A stretch of DNA of 64,000 bases from Candidatus Xenobia bacterium (lineage in GTDB: Bacteria; Vulcanimicrobiota; Xenobia; Xenobiales; QWHO01): the NCBI GenBank assembly GCA_045863235.1, contig BTUM01000007.1:84335-148334 (forward strand), given 5' to 3'. This document shows positions 17,018-26,246 of this stretch, one piece after another. Position 1 is the first letter of the stretch, and each line of letters begins with the position of its first letter. The notes under the pieces were generated by a model. It was not told the origin of the DNA and did not search any database. It saw only the letters and a list, made by a program, of their open reading frames with translations. The translations under genes were made by a program, and so were the position numbers.

Positions 17018-19116
17018 CCTCGGCGCCCCCCAGCGCCTTCTTCCAGCTCTCCGAGCGAATGCGCCACGGCCTGGTCCACCGACTGGGATGGCGCTCCTTG
17101 CGTCCGGTGCAAGAGGTCAGCTTCCCGCCCATCCTGGCGGGCGAGAATGTGCTGGTTCTGGCCCCCACCGCCGGAGGCAAGACCGAGGCTGCCGTTCTGC
17201 CTGTGCTGGACCGACTGGGAACCGGGTTGGGCGCCCTGTTTCTCTCTCCTCTGCGGGCCCTGCTCAACAACCAGGAGCCGCGCCTCAAGGAGCTCGCCTC
17301 CCTGGTCGGGCTGGAGGTCTTCAAGTGGCACGGGGACGTTTCCGCCCATCTCAAGAAGCGGGTACAGGCCCACCTCTTGATGATCACGCCCGAGTCGCTG
17401 GAGGTCATCCTGACCTCGGGCCGGGGCGAGATGTTGAGCGAACTTTCCTGCGTCATCGTGGATGAGATCCACGCTTTCGCTGGAGATGACAGGGGAGACC
17501 ATCTCCTGTGCCTGCTCGAGCGCCTGCGCGCCTACACTCCCCACGATTTCCAGCGCATCGGCCTGTCGGCCACGGTGGGAAATCCCGAGACGCTGTGTGA
17601 GTGGCTGCAGGGGTCGAGTCAGCGCCCGCGTCGGGTCGTGTCGCCCACGCGTGAGCCCGGTCGCCGCTTGATCGAGATCCACCCTCATGAGGAGTTCCAG
17701 GACCCGATTCGCACCGCGGCCCGTCTGGCCCGGGGCAAGAAGTCGCTCTTCTTCGCCGAGTCGCGGGGCAAGGTGGAGCGGGTTCGTGGGCAGCTCCAGG
17801 AGCTGGGGGTGCAGGCACTGGTGCACCACTCCTCGCTATCGCGCGAGGTGCGCGAGGCCACCGAGCAGGCCTTTCGCTCCGGCAGTAACTGTGCCATCGT
17901 GTGTACCCGCACCCTGGAGCTGGGATTGGACGTCGGGGACCTCGACCTGGTGCTGCAGCTCGACGCTCCCACTACGGTCTCGGGGTTTCTCCAGCGCCTC
18001 GGACGCACCGGGCGGCGCGACGGGGCGCGCGGGCACATGGCTTTCTGCACCGATGACCGTTGGAGCTTCCTCAGAGCCATCTCCCTGATTTCCCTGGCTG
18101 CCAAGGGGGTGGTCGAGCCGGTGCGCCCCTCGCGCTTTTCGCCCCATCTGTTCGTTCATCAGGTGCTCACCCGGGCGCTCGAGCAGCGCGGTCTCTCGCG
18201 CCCGGCCCTGCTGGCCACCCAGGGCTACTGTTTCTCCGACCTGACTGATTTGCAGCGCGAGCGCATTCTCGACCACCTGCTCGAGATGGACATCCTGGCC
18301 CGGGTCGACGGGCGTCTGGTGGTAGGCCGTCAGGGGGAGAAGGAGTTCGGACGGGGCTACTTCCGCGAGCTCTACTCGGTCTTCGAGGCCCCTCGCGAGC
18401 TGGCCGTGGAAACTCCCGACGGCAAGCGCATCGGGTCGGTGGAATGCTGGTTTGCCCAGGTGAGCGGCGATAAACCGTTCTGCTTCCTGCTGGCCGGTCG
18501 TGCCTGGCGGGCGGTTCGCTGCCTCTGGGAGCGCTCCGTTCTGCTCGTCGAGCCAGCCGGCCAGGGGGCCATCCCTTCTTGGAGCGGCGAGCTGGTGCTG
18601 CTTCATCGGGACCTGTGCCGCGAGATGCGCGCTCACCTCGTGGCCGAGGAGCCGGTCTTGTTCTTGTCCGACGCCGCTCAGGCGATCCTCGAGCGGCTGC
18701 GCTCCGAGTGGCGCCCGCTCCTTTCTCACGCCCCGGTGATCTTGGAGCGCCGTGACCAGAAAGCGACCCTCTACACCTTTGCCGGGGGGCGCGTCAACAA
18801 CGTGGTAGCAAGGCTCTACGCTCAGAGGACGGGGCTCGAGGCCCGGGCCGACAACCTGCGGGTGCGCTTTGAGATGCCCACGGATGAGGTCTGGTCCGGC
18901 CCCATGGAGCGAGTTCTGGAGGAGCTGGCCACGCCCCTCTCGGGCGAGACCCTGCAGGCCCTCGTGAAAAGCATCCCCCGCGCGCGCGCCTCGAAGTTCC
19001 AGCCCTTTTTGCCGCCCGACCTGGAGGCCGCTTTCGTAGCCGGGCGATTGTTGGACCTGGAGGGAGCCATGAGCCTGGCGGCCGAAGACCTCGGGGTGGT
19101 GACCTTCGATGCCTGA
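17014..19116 (+). CDS. Lhr-like SF2 helicase (BrxHI-like)
   Basis: Q motif LRPVQ, APTAGGKTEAA, TPESLE, DEIH, SAT, HHSSLS, TLELGLDVGDLD, QRLGRTGRR; GTGA-coupled to brxD. Confidence 0.92.
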   Translation: MTSAPPSAFFQLSERMRHGLVHRLGWRSLRPVQEVSFPPILAGENVLVLAPTAGGKTEAAVLPVLDRLGTGLGALFLSPLRALLNNQEPRLKELASLVGLEVFKWHGDVSAHLKKRVQAHLLMITPESLEVILTSGRGEMLSELSCVIVDEIHAFAGDDRGDHLLCLLERLRAYTPHDFQRIGLSATVGNPETLCEWLQGSSQRPRRVVSPTREPGRRLIEIHPHEEFQDPIRTAARLARGKKSLFFAESRGKVERVRGQLQELGVQALVHHSSLSREVREATEQAFRSGSNCAIVCTRTLELGLDVGDLDLVLQLDAPTTVSGFLQRLGRTGRRDGARGHMAFCTDDRWSFLRAISLISLAAKGVVEPVRPSRFSPHLFVHQVLTRALEQRGLSRPALLATQGYCFSDLTDLQRERILDHLLEMDILARVDGRLVVGRQGEKEFGRGYFRELYSVFEAPRELAVETPDGKRIGSVECWFAQVSGDKPFCFLLAGRAWRAVRCLWERSVLLVEPAGQGAIPSWSGELVLLHRDLCREMRAHLVAEEPVLFLSDAAQAILERLRSEWRPLLSHAPVILERRDQKATLYTFAGGRVNNVVARLYAQRTGLEARADNLRVRFEMPTDEVWSGPMERVLEELATPLSGETLQALVKSIPRARASKFQPFLPPDLEAAFVAGRLLDLEGAMSLAAEDLGVVTFDA

Positions 19117-19447
19117 GCCGAAAAAGTTTGCTCTGAGTGCTGATGAGATCCGTCCTCTGGTTTCGGGGCGGGGCGCCTGTTTTGCCAGCGATCGGATCAC
19201 CGTGGACGGGAGCCGGGTCGGCTACTGCTATCGAGAAGAGCCCGACAACGAGGTGGATAGTGGCTGGAGGTTCCTGGCCGGGGATGAGACGGACGCTTAC
19301 ATGGAGGACGTCGCCAATCACGGTGTTTACGACGTGAACACGATTGCCAACTACGACCCGGACATCATCGCCCTGCTCGATTCTCCCATCGGCTCGGAGT
19401 TTGCGCGGGATCGGGCCAGCGGGGAGTTCCGGACCCTCCCGGGCTAG
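19109..19447 (+). CDS. DUF2185 / Imm33-like protein
   Basis: ASDRITVDG, VGYCYREEP, DSGWRFLAGDE, YDVNTIANYDPDI; overlaps the helicase stop. Confidence 0.85.
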   Translation: MPEPKKFALSADEIRPLVSGRGACFASDRITVDGSRVGYCYREEPDNEVDSGWRFLAGDETDAYMEDVANHGVYDVNTIANYDPDIIALLDSPIGSEFARDRASGEFRTLPG

Positions 19448-19521
19448 GAGCGCAGCCGGAAACCCCCTTGACACGACCTACTGTGGTGTCCTCTAAACCT
19501 CGTCGCTTTGACCGTGCCAGG

Positions 19522-20016
19522 TTAAAGGAGACGGCCGAGCAGGGCGGGCTCGTCGGAGGGCTTGTGGAAGATCGAGTCGACCTCCAAGACGCCGTAGGTG
19601 TCGAAAGCCTTGACATCGTTGGGCCGCCGGGCGCTGTAAAGGATGCCCTCGATGTCTTGCTGCTGGAATTCGTCAAGCAGGCGCTCGGCCCGGTCGCTGG
19701 TGCAGAAATTGGGATCGCACCCCTCGAGAATGGTATCCAGCAGTTGCTTGCGGTAGTCGCTGGGAGGTCGCTGGCTCAACAGCTCGAGAAAGTTCAGGCC
19801 GTTGATGCGCTCTTGAAGGTCGGCCAGGTCGAGGTCGAAGTCCGAGACGATCGCTCGGAGACGCGAGAGCTTACCGTCCTCGTGGGCTGCCAGGAGCGTC
19901 TGCAAGGCTTCACAGGGGCTATCCACGACCCGGCAGCGCAGCTTCTTGGAGCGCAAACGTAAGACAGCGCGCTCGATCAGTTCAGGCTCATTTTCGATCC
20001 ACAGTACCCAGGCCAT
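19522..20016 (-). CDS. Stand-alone response-regulator receiver domain, atypical, with internal insertion
   Basis: VLWIENE, AIVSDFDL (phospho-Asp position), NGLNFLELL, ILYSA, FHKP. Confidence 0.7.
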   Translation of the reverse strand: MAWVLWIENEPELIERAVLRLRSKKLRCRVVDSPCEALQTLLAAHEDGKLSRLRAIVSDFDLDLADLQERINGLNFLELLSQRPPSDYRKQLLDTILEGCDPNFCTSDRAERLLDEFQQQDIEGILYSARRPNDVKAFDTYGVLEVDSIFHKPSDEPALLGRLL

Positions 20017-20055
20017 GACTCCCGGGATATCTACACCTGCCCCGGATCTCCTGCT

Positions 20056-20547
20056 TCAGACGTTGTGCTCGCTGCGGGCCGACCGTCTCTGGTAGTCGAT
20101 CTCGGTGAGGATCTCCTCGAACTGAGGGAAAAAAAATTGCTCGATCCGGGCGAAGGACGTCCCGTCGCTGACCGTGGCCACCATGAAGCTGCCCTTGATC
20201 CTCTGGGGCTTGAGCAGGGTGACGTTGCGCCAGCGGATAGCCAGCTCTTGCTTTCCATTCTCGTAGAGCAGGCAGTCGGGCCGGAGGGTGAATCGCTTGC
20301 CGCGGTATGCATTGAAGGCCAGGACGGGCAACAGCAGCAAGAGCAGGGACATCCCAATGGGTAGATAGCCTGCGATGAGACGGAGACCGGGCTCATTCAA
20401 TTGCTTGGGGATTCCAATGTTCAGCTCGTAAACCCCGGCGGCGATCCCCAGCAGGCTTACCACCACAGCAGCGATGGCAAAGGGCCAGAATCGCTTCATG
20501 TTGGCCTGATAGACTTTGAATTGAGGTTCCTGCTTCTTCGGAGGCAC
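20056..20547 (-). CDS. Hypothetical 2-TM membrane protein with PH-like C-terminal domain
   Basis: Coding portion of the 343-aa track ORF (the rest is antisense to the pilin gene); two TM helices, then FTLRPDCLLY...IRWRNV. Start GTG 20547 or ATG 20499. Confidence 0.65.
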   Translation of the reverse strand: MPPKKQEPQFKVYQANMKRFWPFAIAAVVVSLLGIAAGVYELNIGIPKQLNEPGLRLIAGYLPIGMSLLLLLLPVLAFNAYRGKRFTLRPDCLLYENGKQELAIRWRNVTLLKPQRIKGSFMVATVSDGTSFARIEQFFFPQFEEILTEIDYQRRSARSEHNV

Positions 20548-20649
20548 CAGTTTTCTTTCGGGGTAATGCCGATGCTTCCCTACCCTAGCTAGCAACAGGA
20601 TTCGCGTCACCAGAAGAGAAAAAACCTCCAAGTAAGACAGGAGGCCAGG

Positions 20650-21063
20650 ATGCAAGTTCGCCGCCGGCGAGGGTTCACACTGATCGAGCTCATGATCGTG
20701 TTGATGATCTTCGTCATCCTGTTGACCTTGATGATGCCCAGCCTGATCAAGGCCCGCTACCGGGCCCAGCTGACCGCCTGCATGGATACTGTCAAGCATG
20801 TCGCTACCGCTCTCGAGCAGTATTCGGTGGACAACAAGGTCTACCCCATAGCGCTCGATCCCACCTTCACCAAGGCCTATCTCAATCGCACCAAAGTGGT
20901 GTGTCCCAGCTCGCAGCAAGACTATTCCTACCAGGTCGACAATGTGGAGCACAGCTTCACCATCTACTGCGGGACGGGCATGCACGAAGTGGCCCTGCCG
21001 GGCGTGGTCCTCAGCGGTTACCCCCAATTCTCGCATCATCTCGGCTCGGTGATGCTCAAGTAA
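20650..21063 (+). CDS. Type IV pilin / T2SS pseudopilin
   Basis: Class III signal RRRG|FTLIELMIV, hydrophobic helix, AGGAGG SD. Confidence 0.92.
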   Translation: MQVRRRRGFTLIELMIVLMIFVILLTLMMPSLIKARYRAQLTACMDTVKHVATALEQYSVDNKVYPIALDPTFTKAYLNRTKVVCPSSQQDYSYQVDNVEHSFTIYCGTGMHEVALPGVVLSGYPQFSHHLGSVMLK

Positions 21064-21088
21064 AGTGCAAGGCTTCTGGTCTTGCACT
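21064..21088 (+). terminator. Hairpin directly after the pilin stop
   Basis: AGTGCAAGGC-ttctg-GTCTTGCACT; poor U tract. Confidence 0.4.
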
Positions 21089-21292
21089 GTGCAGCGCGCC
21101 GTCGTCTGATTCAGGGCGGCGCTCGTTGAAGTCAGACAATCTGTTGAACGGCGCCACGCTACAGCCTCAGGTCAAACGCGGGCGTGTAGAAGGCGAGCAC
21201 ATTCGCTCGAGGGGAACTGTTCACCCCTTTTTCACAAAATTCGGGGCCGGCTCGCTTATGCTCCCGCCAGACAAGCAGGCAGGAGGAACCCC

Positions 21293-21988
21293 GTGCAAGC
21301 CGCAGCCCTGGCATTTCGGCCCGCTCTGGCGCTCACCAGCGCGGGCACGCAGACGTGGAAGAACGGCGTCGTGCACACGGACGGCTCGGCTGATGTGTAT
21401 GAGCTTCCCAGCCAGACTCCGGGCGTGGCACAGCGCATCGAGGTGCGGCCAGTCCTGTGGGGCCTGCTGGGCAAAGAGGTGACGGCCACCGATTGTCAGG
21501 GCAAGCCGCTGCAGGCAACTCGGGATTGGAGTGGACTGGTGACGCGCGATCCGCGCTCGGGCCTGGAGACCGTGCTTGACCCGAAGGCCCGGACGATCAC
21601 CGTTTCAACTCCGATGGTGCGCGAGAAGCTCGAAGACAAGAATAACTTCCAGCGGGACAGCTATCATCGGGAGGCCCGTCAGGAGGTCGATGACCAGGGC
21701 AACTGCCGCTATGTGAGCAATCTGCACGGTGAGAGCGAGGCCGTCATGATCTCCATGGTGCGCGAGATGCCTCCCAACCAGCGCTGCGTAACCCGTGACA
21801 GCAAGAGTTGGGAAGAAACCACGCTGTCTCCGGGTCGAGCGCCGGAGACCCGGCGGCTGAGCTCGGAGCAGCACACGGGACCGCGTCTTGAAGCAACCCT
21901 CTCCAGCTCGCTCTCACTCGATGGCAAGCTGGTCGTGGTGGGCGACGACGGGGTCACCCGAACCTACGAGATGTTTCTGAAGGTCTGA
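21293..21988 (+). CDS. Hypothetical beta-rich protein
   Basis: AGGAGG SD before GTG; typical codon usage; no family recognised. Confidence 0.7.
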   Translation: MQAAALAFRPALALTSAGTQTWKNGVVHTDGSADVYELPSQTPGVAQRIEVRPVLWGLLGKEVTATDCQGKPLQATRDWSGLVTRDPRSGLETVLDPKARTITVSTPMVREKLEDKNNFQRDSYHREARQEVDDQGNCRYVSNLHGESEAVMISMVREMPPNQRCVTRDSKSWEETTLSPGRAPETRRLSSEQHTGPRLEATLSSSLSLDGKLVVVGDDGVTRTYEMFLKV

Positions 21989-21992
21989 AGCC

Positions 21993-22622
21993 ATGGCAGT
22001 GCTCACCCTGATCGCCACCTGCCTGGGAATTTTTTTGTCCATCTTGAACCTGATCGTCTTCTTGCGCGAAAAAGACCGCAGCTACCTCAAGCTGGCTCTG
22101 TCGGTCGTCTTCCTGGGTGGAGCCCTGGTGACCTGTTTGACCCTGCCAGGCTTTGCGCCCGACCTGGCCCGGCGCTTCGCTCGGCAGCTCCCCGACCACC
22201 ATCTGGTGCGCCTCTGGCTCTCCCAAGCTGGCTCCGGCGAGCACCCGCCTGACGCTTCGCCTCTTCGCGGCTCGTTCACGCCCGAGTTGCAGCACAACCT
22301 GTTCGGTGGCATCTCGGGACTCAAGCTCAAGTTTCGTTTTGTCTCCCTGCATTCGGTTCGGGCCCGGGTGCTGGGGTACCGCCTCCGGATCGAGCCCGAG
22401 CGCGGTCAGGCAGAGTTGAGCTACGAGCGCTTGCTTTCCGAGCCCCTGGTGGTCGAGCCTCATGAAACGGGTCTGGTCGAAGTTGAAGTGGACCGGGAGA
22501 TTCTCGAGGCCTACTTCCGACGGATGGATGCGGCCAATCCGGGCAGGATCTCCATTACCTGGCAGGGGGCCGACGAGCGAGGTCAGAGCTTCGACTTTTC
22601 CGCCGAAGGCGGTACGACTTGA
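21993..22622 (+). CDS. Hypothetical membrane protein (2 N-terminal TM helices)
   Basis: Two hydrophobic helices followed by a soluble domain; starts 4 nt after the upstream stop. Confidence 0.7.
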   Translation: MAVLTLIATCLGIFLSILNLIVFLREKDRSYLKLALSVVFLGGALVTCLTLPGFAPDLARRFARQLPDHHLVRLWLSQAGSGEHPPDASPLRGSFTPELQHNLFGGISGLKLKFRFVSLHSVRARVLGYRLRIEPERGQAELSYERLLSEPLVVEPHETGLVEVEVDREILEAYFRRMDAANPGRISITWQGADERGQSFDFSAEGGTT

Positions 22623-22700
22623 GGCCGCGCGTTGATCTTCAGCAGTAGGCAATGAGCGCTCAAGGCCGGGCGAGCCTGCTGCTCGGCTCCCTGGTGAGGC

Positions 22701-23216
22701 TCAGACGTTGAGTTGTTCCATGTAGACCATTCGCTTGCGTTGCTCGCGAACCAGGCCCCAGATCGTCTCCTTCATCTTCTCCGGGTGGGGGATTCCCCGC
22801 ATGGCCAGGTCGGGCTCGGTCTTGTCGGTGCTGATCAGGTGCAGATCGCCCACCTTGAAGAGCCGGTTCCAAAAGGTCTGGTTGAAGTTGATGTCCTCGA
22901 CCCTGACCAGCTTGAGGTCCTCGGAACTGCGGCCGAAGACGCCTGAAGTCACCGTCAAGCGCTCGCTGGTCAGCCGATAGTGTCGGTTGGCCTTGCGATA
23001 CCAGGCCACCCCAAGAAAGATCACAATCGGGACCACGAGCAGGAACCCGATGAACCACCACAGATTCAAGAGCGAGCTGGCGGCGCAGGTTCCCTCCCAG
23101 ACCAGGCGCTCGGGCTCATCGGTGGGGGCCGGAGCGTGCGCTTGCATGGACTTGCCGCAATGGTTGCAGAACTGCGAGCCGTCGGGGTTATCCTTCAGAC
23201 AGGCGGGGCAGTTCAA
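22701..23216 (-). CDS. Zinc-ribbon + bacterial PH (bPH_2) domain membrane protein
   Basis: CPAC...FCNHCG, TM hairpin, YRLTSERL...GVF...RVEDI...QTFWNRLFKVGDL. Start set to TTG 23216, just after the upstream stop. Confidence 0.85.
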   Translation of the reverse strand: MNCPACLKDNPDGSQFCNHCGKSMQAHAPAPTDEPERLVWEGTCAASSLLNLWWFIGFLLVVPIVIFLGVAWYRKANRHYRLTSERLTVTSGVFGRSSEDLKLVRVEDINFNQTFWNRLFKVGDLHLISTDKTEPDLAMRGIPHPEKMKETIWGLVREQRKRMVYMEQLNV

Positions 23217-23217
23217 G

Positions 23218-25722
23218 CTAACTTCCCATGCTGCGCCACTGGTCGATCCAGTTCTGCAGCCCATCGATCACGGCCGGATTGGCGTTCAGGAGGGCTCGAT
23301 AGAGATCCTGGCCGGACTGGAGCAGGGGCTCGAGGTTGGGGTAGCTCTTGCAGGCCTCTTCGAGCACTCCGAGCGAGTAGTAAAGCTCTTCCGCCAGAGG
23401 CTCGGCGTGGGCCCGGCTGGGCTGGCGGCGAAGCCGGTCGAGCTTTTGCTCCACTCCGTCCAGCCGCTCCAGGAACTGCTGGCGAAGGTTCTTCGGTTCG
23501 ACCGCGCCGGAGACTGTGGTGCGGCCAGGCACGTGCCCGACGGCTGCCGCCTCGGCTCCAAACGTCCAGACGGACTCGAAGGCCGGGTCGATCTCGCCCG
23601 TCACGCGAGTCATGCTGTCGTCTTGAATCAGCCGCCGGACCTCCGGGGTCTCCTTGTTGATGGAGTCGAGCTTGTCTTTGTGCTTGTCGCGGATCTTGGC
23701 GGCCTGCTCGCCCTCGATCTTGGCTCGATCGCTTCCAGGAGGCTTCTGGCGAGTAAACTGAGCTTTGGCACCCTCGGCAATCTTCTTGGCGCCGCCCTGG
23801 CTCTTGGCTGTCAAGCGATTGGAAGTATTCACCCCGGTTTTGGCGGTCAGGCCCCGATCTCTACGCACTTCCAGGGGCTTGGGCGCCGGGGGAGCCGGAG
23901 CGGGCTCGGCCGGAGGCTTGTTCTCCAGCGGTGGGAGCGGCGGCAGTTTGGCAGTCTCCACTGCGGGTTGCGCGGGTTGCTTCGCCGGCGCTGGTGGGTC
24001 GGCCAGTGCTTGTGAGGACGCAGCCGCCGGACCAGTTCCATCTGCCAGCACGTGAAGGTGGGCCACGTTTTGCAGATCGAGCAGCACCAGGGCGGTGGCC
24101 AGGCTGAGGACGCCGCTCTGGACGGAAAGCTCACTGAGCTCCTGGGTCAACCCCGCCTGGTCGGATGGGCCGGCAAGCTGACGCTGCTCTTCCAGTTGAG
24201 CCAGGCGCAGGCGGGCCCAACCCGCTGCCAGAGCCGGGTTCTTGCTGGGGAAGGGAGCGATCTTGGCGGTGCGGACGGCGGTCTCGTGCGGGAGTTTGAG
24301 CTGCAGGGCCAGGGCACCCTGGCCCGTCTTGCGGCCTGCTGCCGAGACCGGTCGCTGGGCCAGGAGGTCGCTCAGCTGGGTCGGAACCAGAGAGTCGGGC
24401 AGAAGACCCAGCCCCTGGTCCTGGAGCTCGAGCTCGAAGGCGACCGGTTGGCGAAGACTGCCGATCAGACGCTCGACCGCGTCCTTCAGTTGCTCGGCCT
24501 GGACCTGGAAGGCGTGACCGCGGCACTGATCGGAGAGTCGACTGAGAACGACCTGGTTTTCGCGCGAAAGGCTGAACGCATAGAGCCGCCCGGGCAGGGG
24601 ACGAGTCCGGGCGGCTTTGATGAGCTCACCACCCTGGGGCAGGCTCGATGCGGTGATGAGCACGAGCCAGAGGGTCCGGCCCGTACCAGGCACCGCTCGC
24701 AGTTGCTCGAGCACCTTGGGCAGATCGGCCGTCCCGGCAGGAGCCAGGGTCTTCAGCCACTCGAGCGCGGCCGGGCGCTCGGCCGGTCCGGTCAAACGCC
24801 CGCCGGATGGCCCGGCAAGTTGCTCGTTGTAGGCCCAGATGGCAAATCGGTCACGCTCACCCAGCATTCCCAGGGCCTGGGTCAGGGCCTGGCGAGCCCC
24901 ATCGAGGTTGGCCCCGGCCATAGCCTGAGAGCGGTCGAGCAGGAACACCACGTCCACCCCGGCAGGGCTGGGGACGGTGTTCTTGGGGGGCAGAATCCCG
25001 ACGTGGAAATGCTGATCGCCGGCAAAGAGCTGAACCCTGGGTTGCTCGGCTCCCAGCCGAAAGCGGAGGGTGAAGTCGCGAGGCTTCAGCTCCGCCGGGC
25101 GGGCCAGCTCGATGCGCAGGTCCCCCCTCTGGCTCGATTGAGTGGCGGTGGGCTGGCTGGCTGCCAGCCGAGCCGGTGGCACCCCGGCCGTTTCGAGCAC
25201 GGTCACCATCTGAAAGTTGGCCGGCACGTTCCCGGCCTGGTCCAGCAAAGGAAAATGGAACACCAGGTCGCCGCCGGCTTGCGGCTCGAGGGCCTCGACA
25301 TAGGCCAGATTGATGGCGACCTCGGAACCGGGGGGGACAGCTCCCAGATTAATCTGGAGGGTAGCGACCGATTGCTCGGTGAGAGTGGCTGGTTGGCCCT
25401 TGGCCAGCACGGCCTGATAGGCCTGCATGGCCCGCCCCCGGTCCTGCAGCCGTCCTTCCAGGACTTTGCCGGCAACCTGAGCCCGGAAACGGCTCAGCCT
25501 GGCCCCGAGGGGAAAAGCGAGCTGGTAGGTCAGCGGGGTTGTTCCGGACCCGGCCGTATAGCGCGCCGTGCTCTCCACCCAGGCCAGCGACCCGGAGATC
25601 CAGACCCGAACGGATGCGTCCAGAAGTTGCCCGCCCGAGAGCATGCCAGGGCCAAGACCCCGCGAAATCGAGGGGCACTCGGCATCGCCAAGTAGCTCCA
25701 GGGCCCGGGCAGCTGCCTCCAT
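23218..25722 (-). CDS. VIT + von Willebrand factor A domain protein with Pro-rich linker and helical C-terminus
   Basis: VIT-like N-terminus (YQLAFPLGA...FRAQVAGKVLEG); vWA VVFLLDRSQAM, DRFAIWAYN, GTADL. Confidence 0.8.
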   Translation of the reverse strand: MEAAARALELLGDAECPSISRGLGPGMLSGGQLLDASVRVWISGSLAWVESTARYTAGSGTTPLTYQLAFPLGARLSRFRAQVAGKVLEGRLQDRGRAMQAYQAVLAKGQPATLTEQSVATLQINLGAVPPGSEVAINLAYVEALEPQAGGDLVFHFPLLDQAGNVPANFQMVTVLETAGVPPARLAASQPTATQSSQRGDLRIELARPAELKPRDFTLRFRLGAEQPRVQLFAGDQHFHVGILPPKNTVPSPAGVDVVFLLDRSQAMAGANLDGARQALTQALGMLGERDRFAIWAYNEQLAGPSGGRLTGPAERPAALEWLKTLAPAGTADLPKVLEQLRAVPGTGRTLWLVLITASSLPQGGELIKAARTRPLPGRLYAFSLSRENQVVLSRLSDQCRGHAFQVQAEQLKDAVERLIGSLRQPVAFELELQDQGLGLLPDSLVPTQLSDLLAQRPVSAAGRKTGQGALALQLKLPHETAVRTAKIAPFPSKNPALAAGWARLRLAQLEEQRQLAGPSDQAGLTQELSELSVQSGVLSLATALVLLDLQNVAHLHVLADGTGPAAASSQALADPPAPAKQPAQPAVETAKLPPLPPLENKPPAEPAPAPPAPKPLEVRRDRGLTAKTGVNTSNRLTAKSQGGAKKIAEGAKAQFTRQKPPGSDRAKIEGEQAAKIRDKHKDKLDSINKETPEVRRLIQDDSMTRVTGEIDPAFESVWTFGAEAAAVGHVPGRTTVSGAVEPKNLRQQFLERLDGVEQKLDRLRRQPSRAHAEPLAEELYYSLGVLEEACKSYPNLEPLLQSGQDLYRALLNANPAVIDGLQNWIDQWRSMGS

Positions 25723-26246
25723 CAGTTCCTTTCCGTCAGTTTTGTAGTCCCAGGTTCGCTCCCGGAGGCTTCCGCCCCTACTGCGCTCCGGGTCAAGTCC
25801 CGGGTGAGCAGGGAGCGCACCTCGGGTTGAATGGGTCGAGTCTGACCGGTCGCGTAGTCGTAGCCCACCTGCACGGTGCGCCCAACCGCGGCCACCTGTC
25901 CATCGCCTCGTCGGACCCGGTACTCCAGGTCAAAGCTCTTGGTCCCCAGCTTGGAGCAGCGCACGCCCACCTGGAGGGTGTCAGGGAAGGACACGCTGCT
26001 GCGGTAATCGCATTCGACCCGGGCCAGGATGAAGTCCAGAGCGGCCACCGAGCGAACCCCGCTCAACTGCATCCAGTATGCCGTACGGGCGATTTCGAAG
26101 TAGGTGAGAAAACTGGCGTGGTTCACGTGGCCGAGCGCGTCCAGGTCGCGAAAGCGTACCTCTACCGGATGCTCGAAGCTAAACTCCCCGTCCATGCTGG
26201 CTCGCCCATTCGCCCAGGAAGGGAAGGCAACCTGCCCTGAGCTCAC
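25722..26246 (-). CDS. Acyl-CoA thioesterase (4HBT/YbgC hotdog family)
   Basis: VRFRDLDALGHVNHASFLTYFEIAR; alternative start at 26195. Confidence 0.92.
   Translation of the reverse strand: MSSGQVAFPSWANGRASMDGEFSFEHPVEVRFRDLDALGHVNHASFLTYFEIARTAYWMQLSGVRSVAALDFILARVECDYRSSVSFPDTLQVGVRCSKLGTKSFDLEYRVRRGDGQVAAVGRTVQVGYDYATGQTRPIQPEVRSLLTRDLTRSAVGAEASGSEPGTTKLTERN

Noticed and set aside
13986..19447. Complete BREX system
   Set aside because: No pglX methyltransferase, pglZ phosphatase, brxC/pglY or pglW is present in the window.
20548..21087. N-terminal part of the 343-aa minus-strand ORF
   Set aside because: It is the antisense shadow of the pilin gene.
24052..25695. Long antisense or alternate-frame ORFs (also 17836-19200, 29492-30823, 36156-37538, 50948-52396, 54556-56178, 59623-60987)
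   Set aside because: These are expected high-GC shadows of well-supported genes and have no family motifs.
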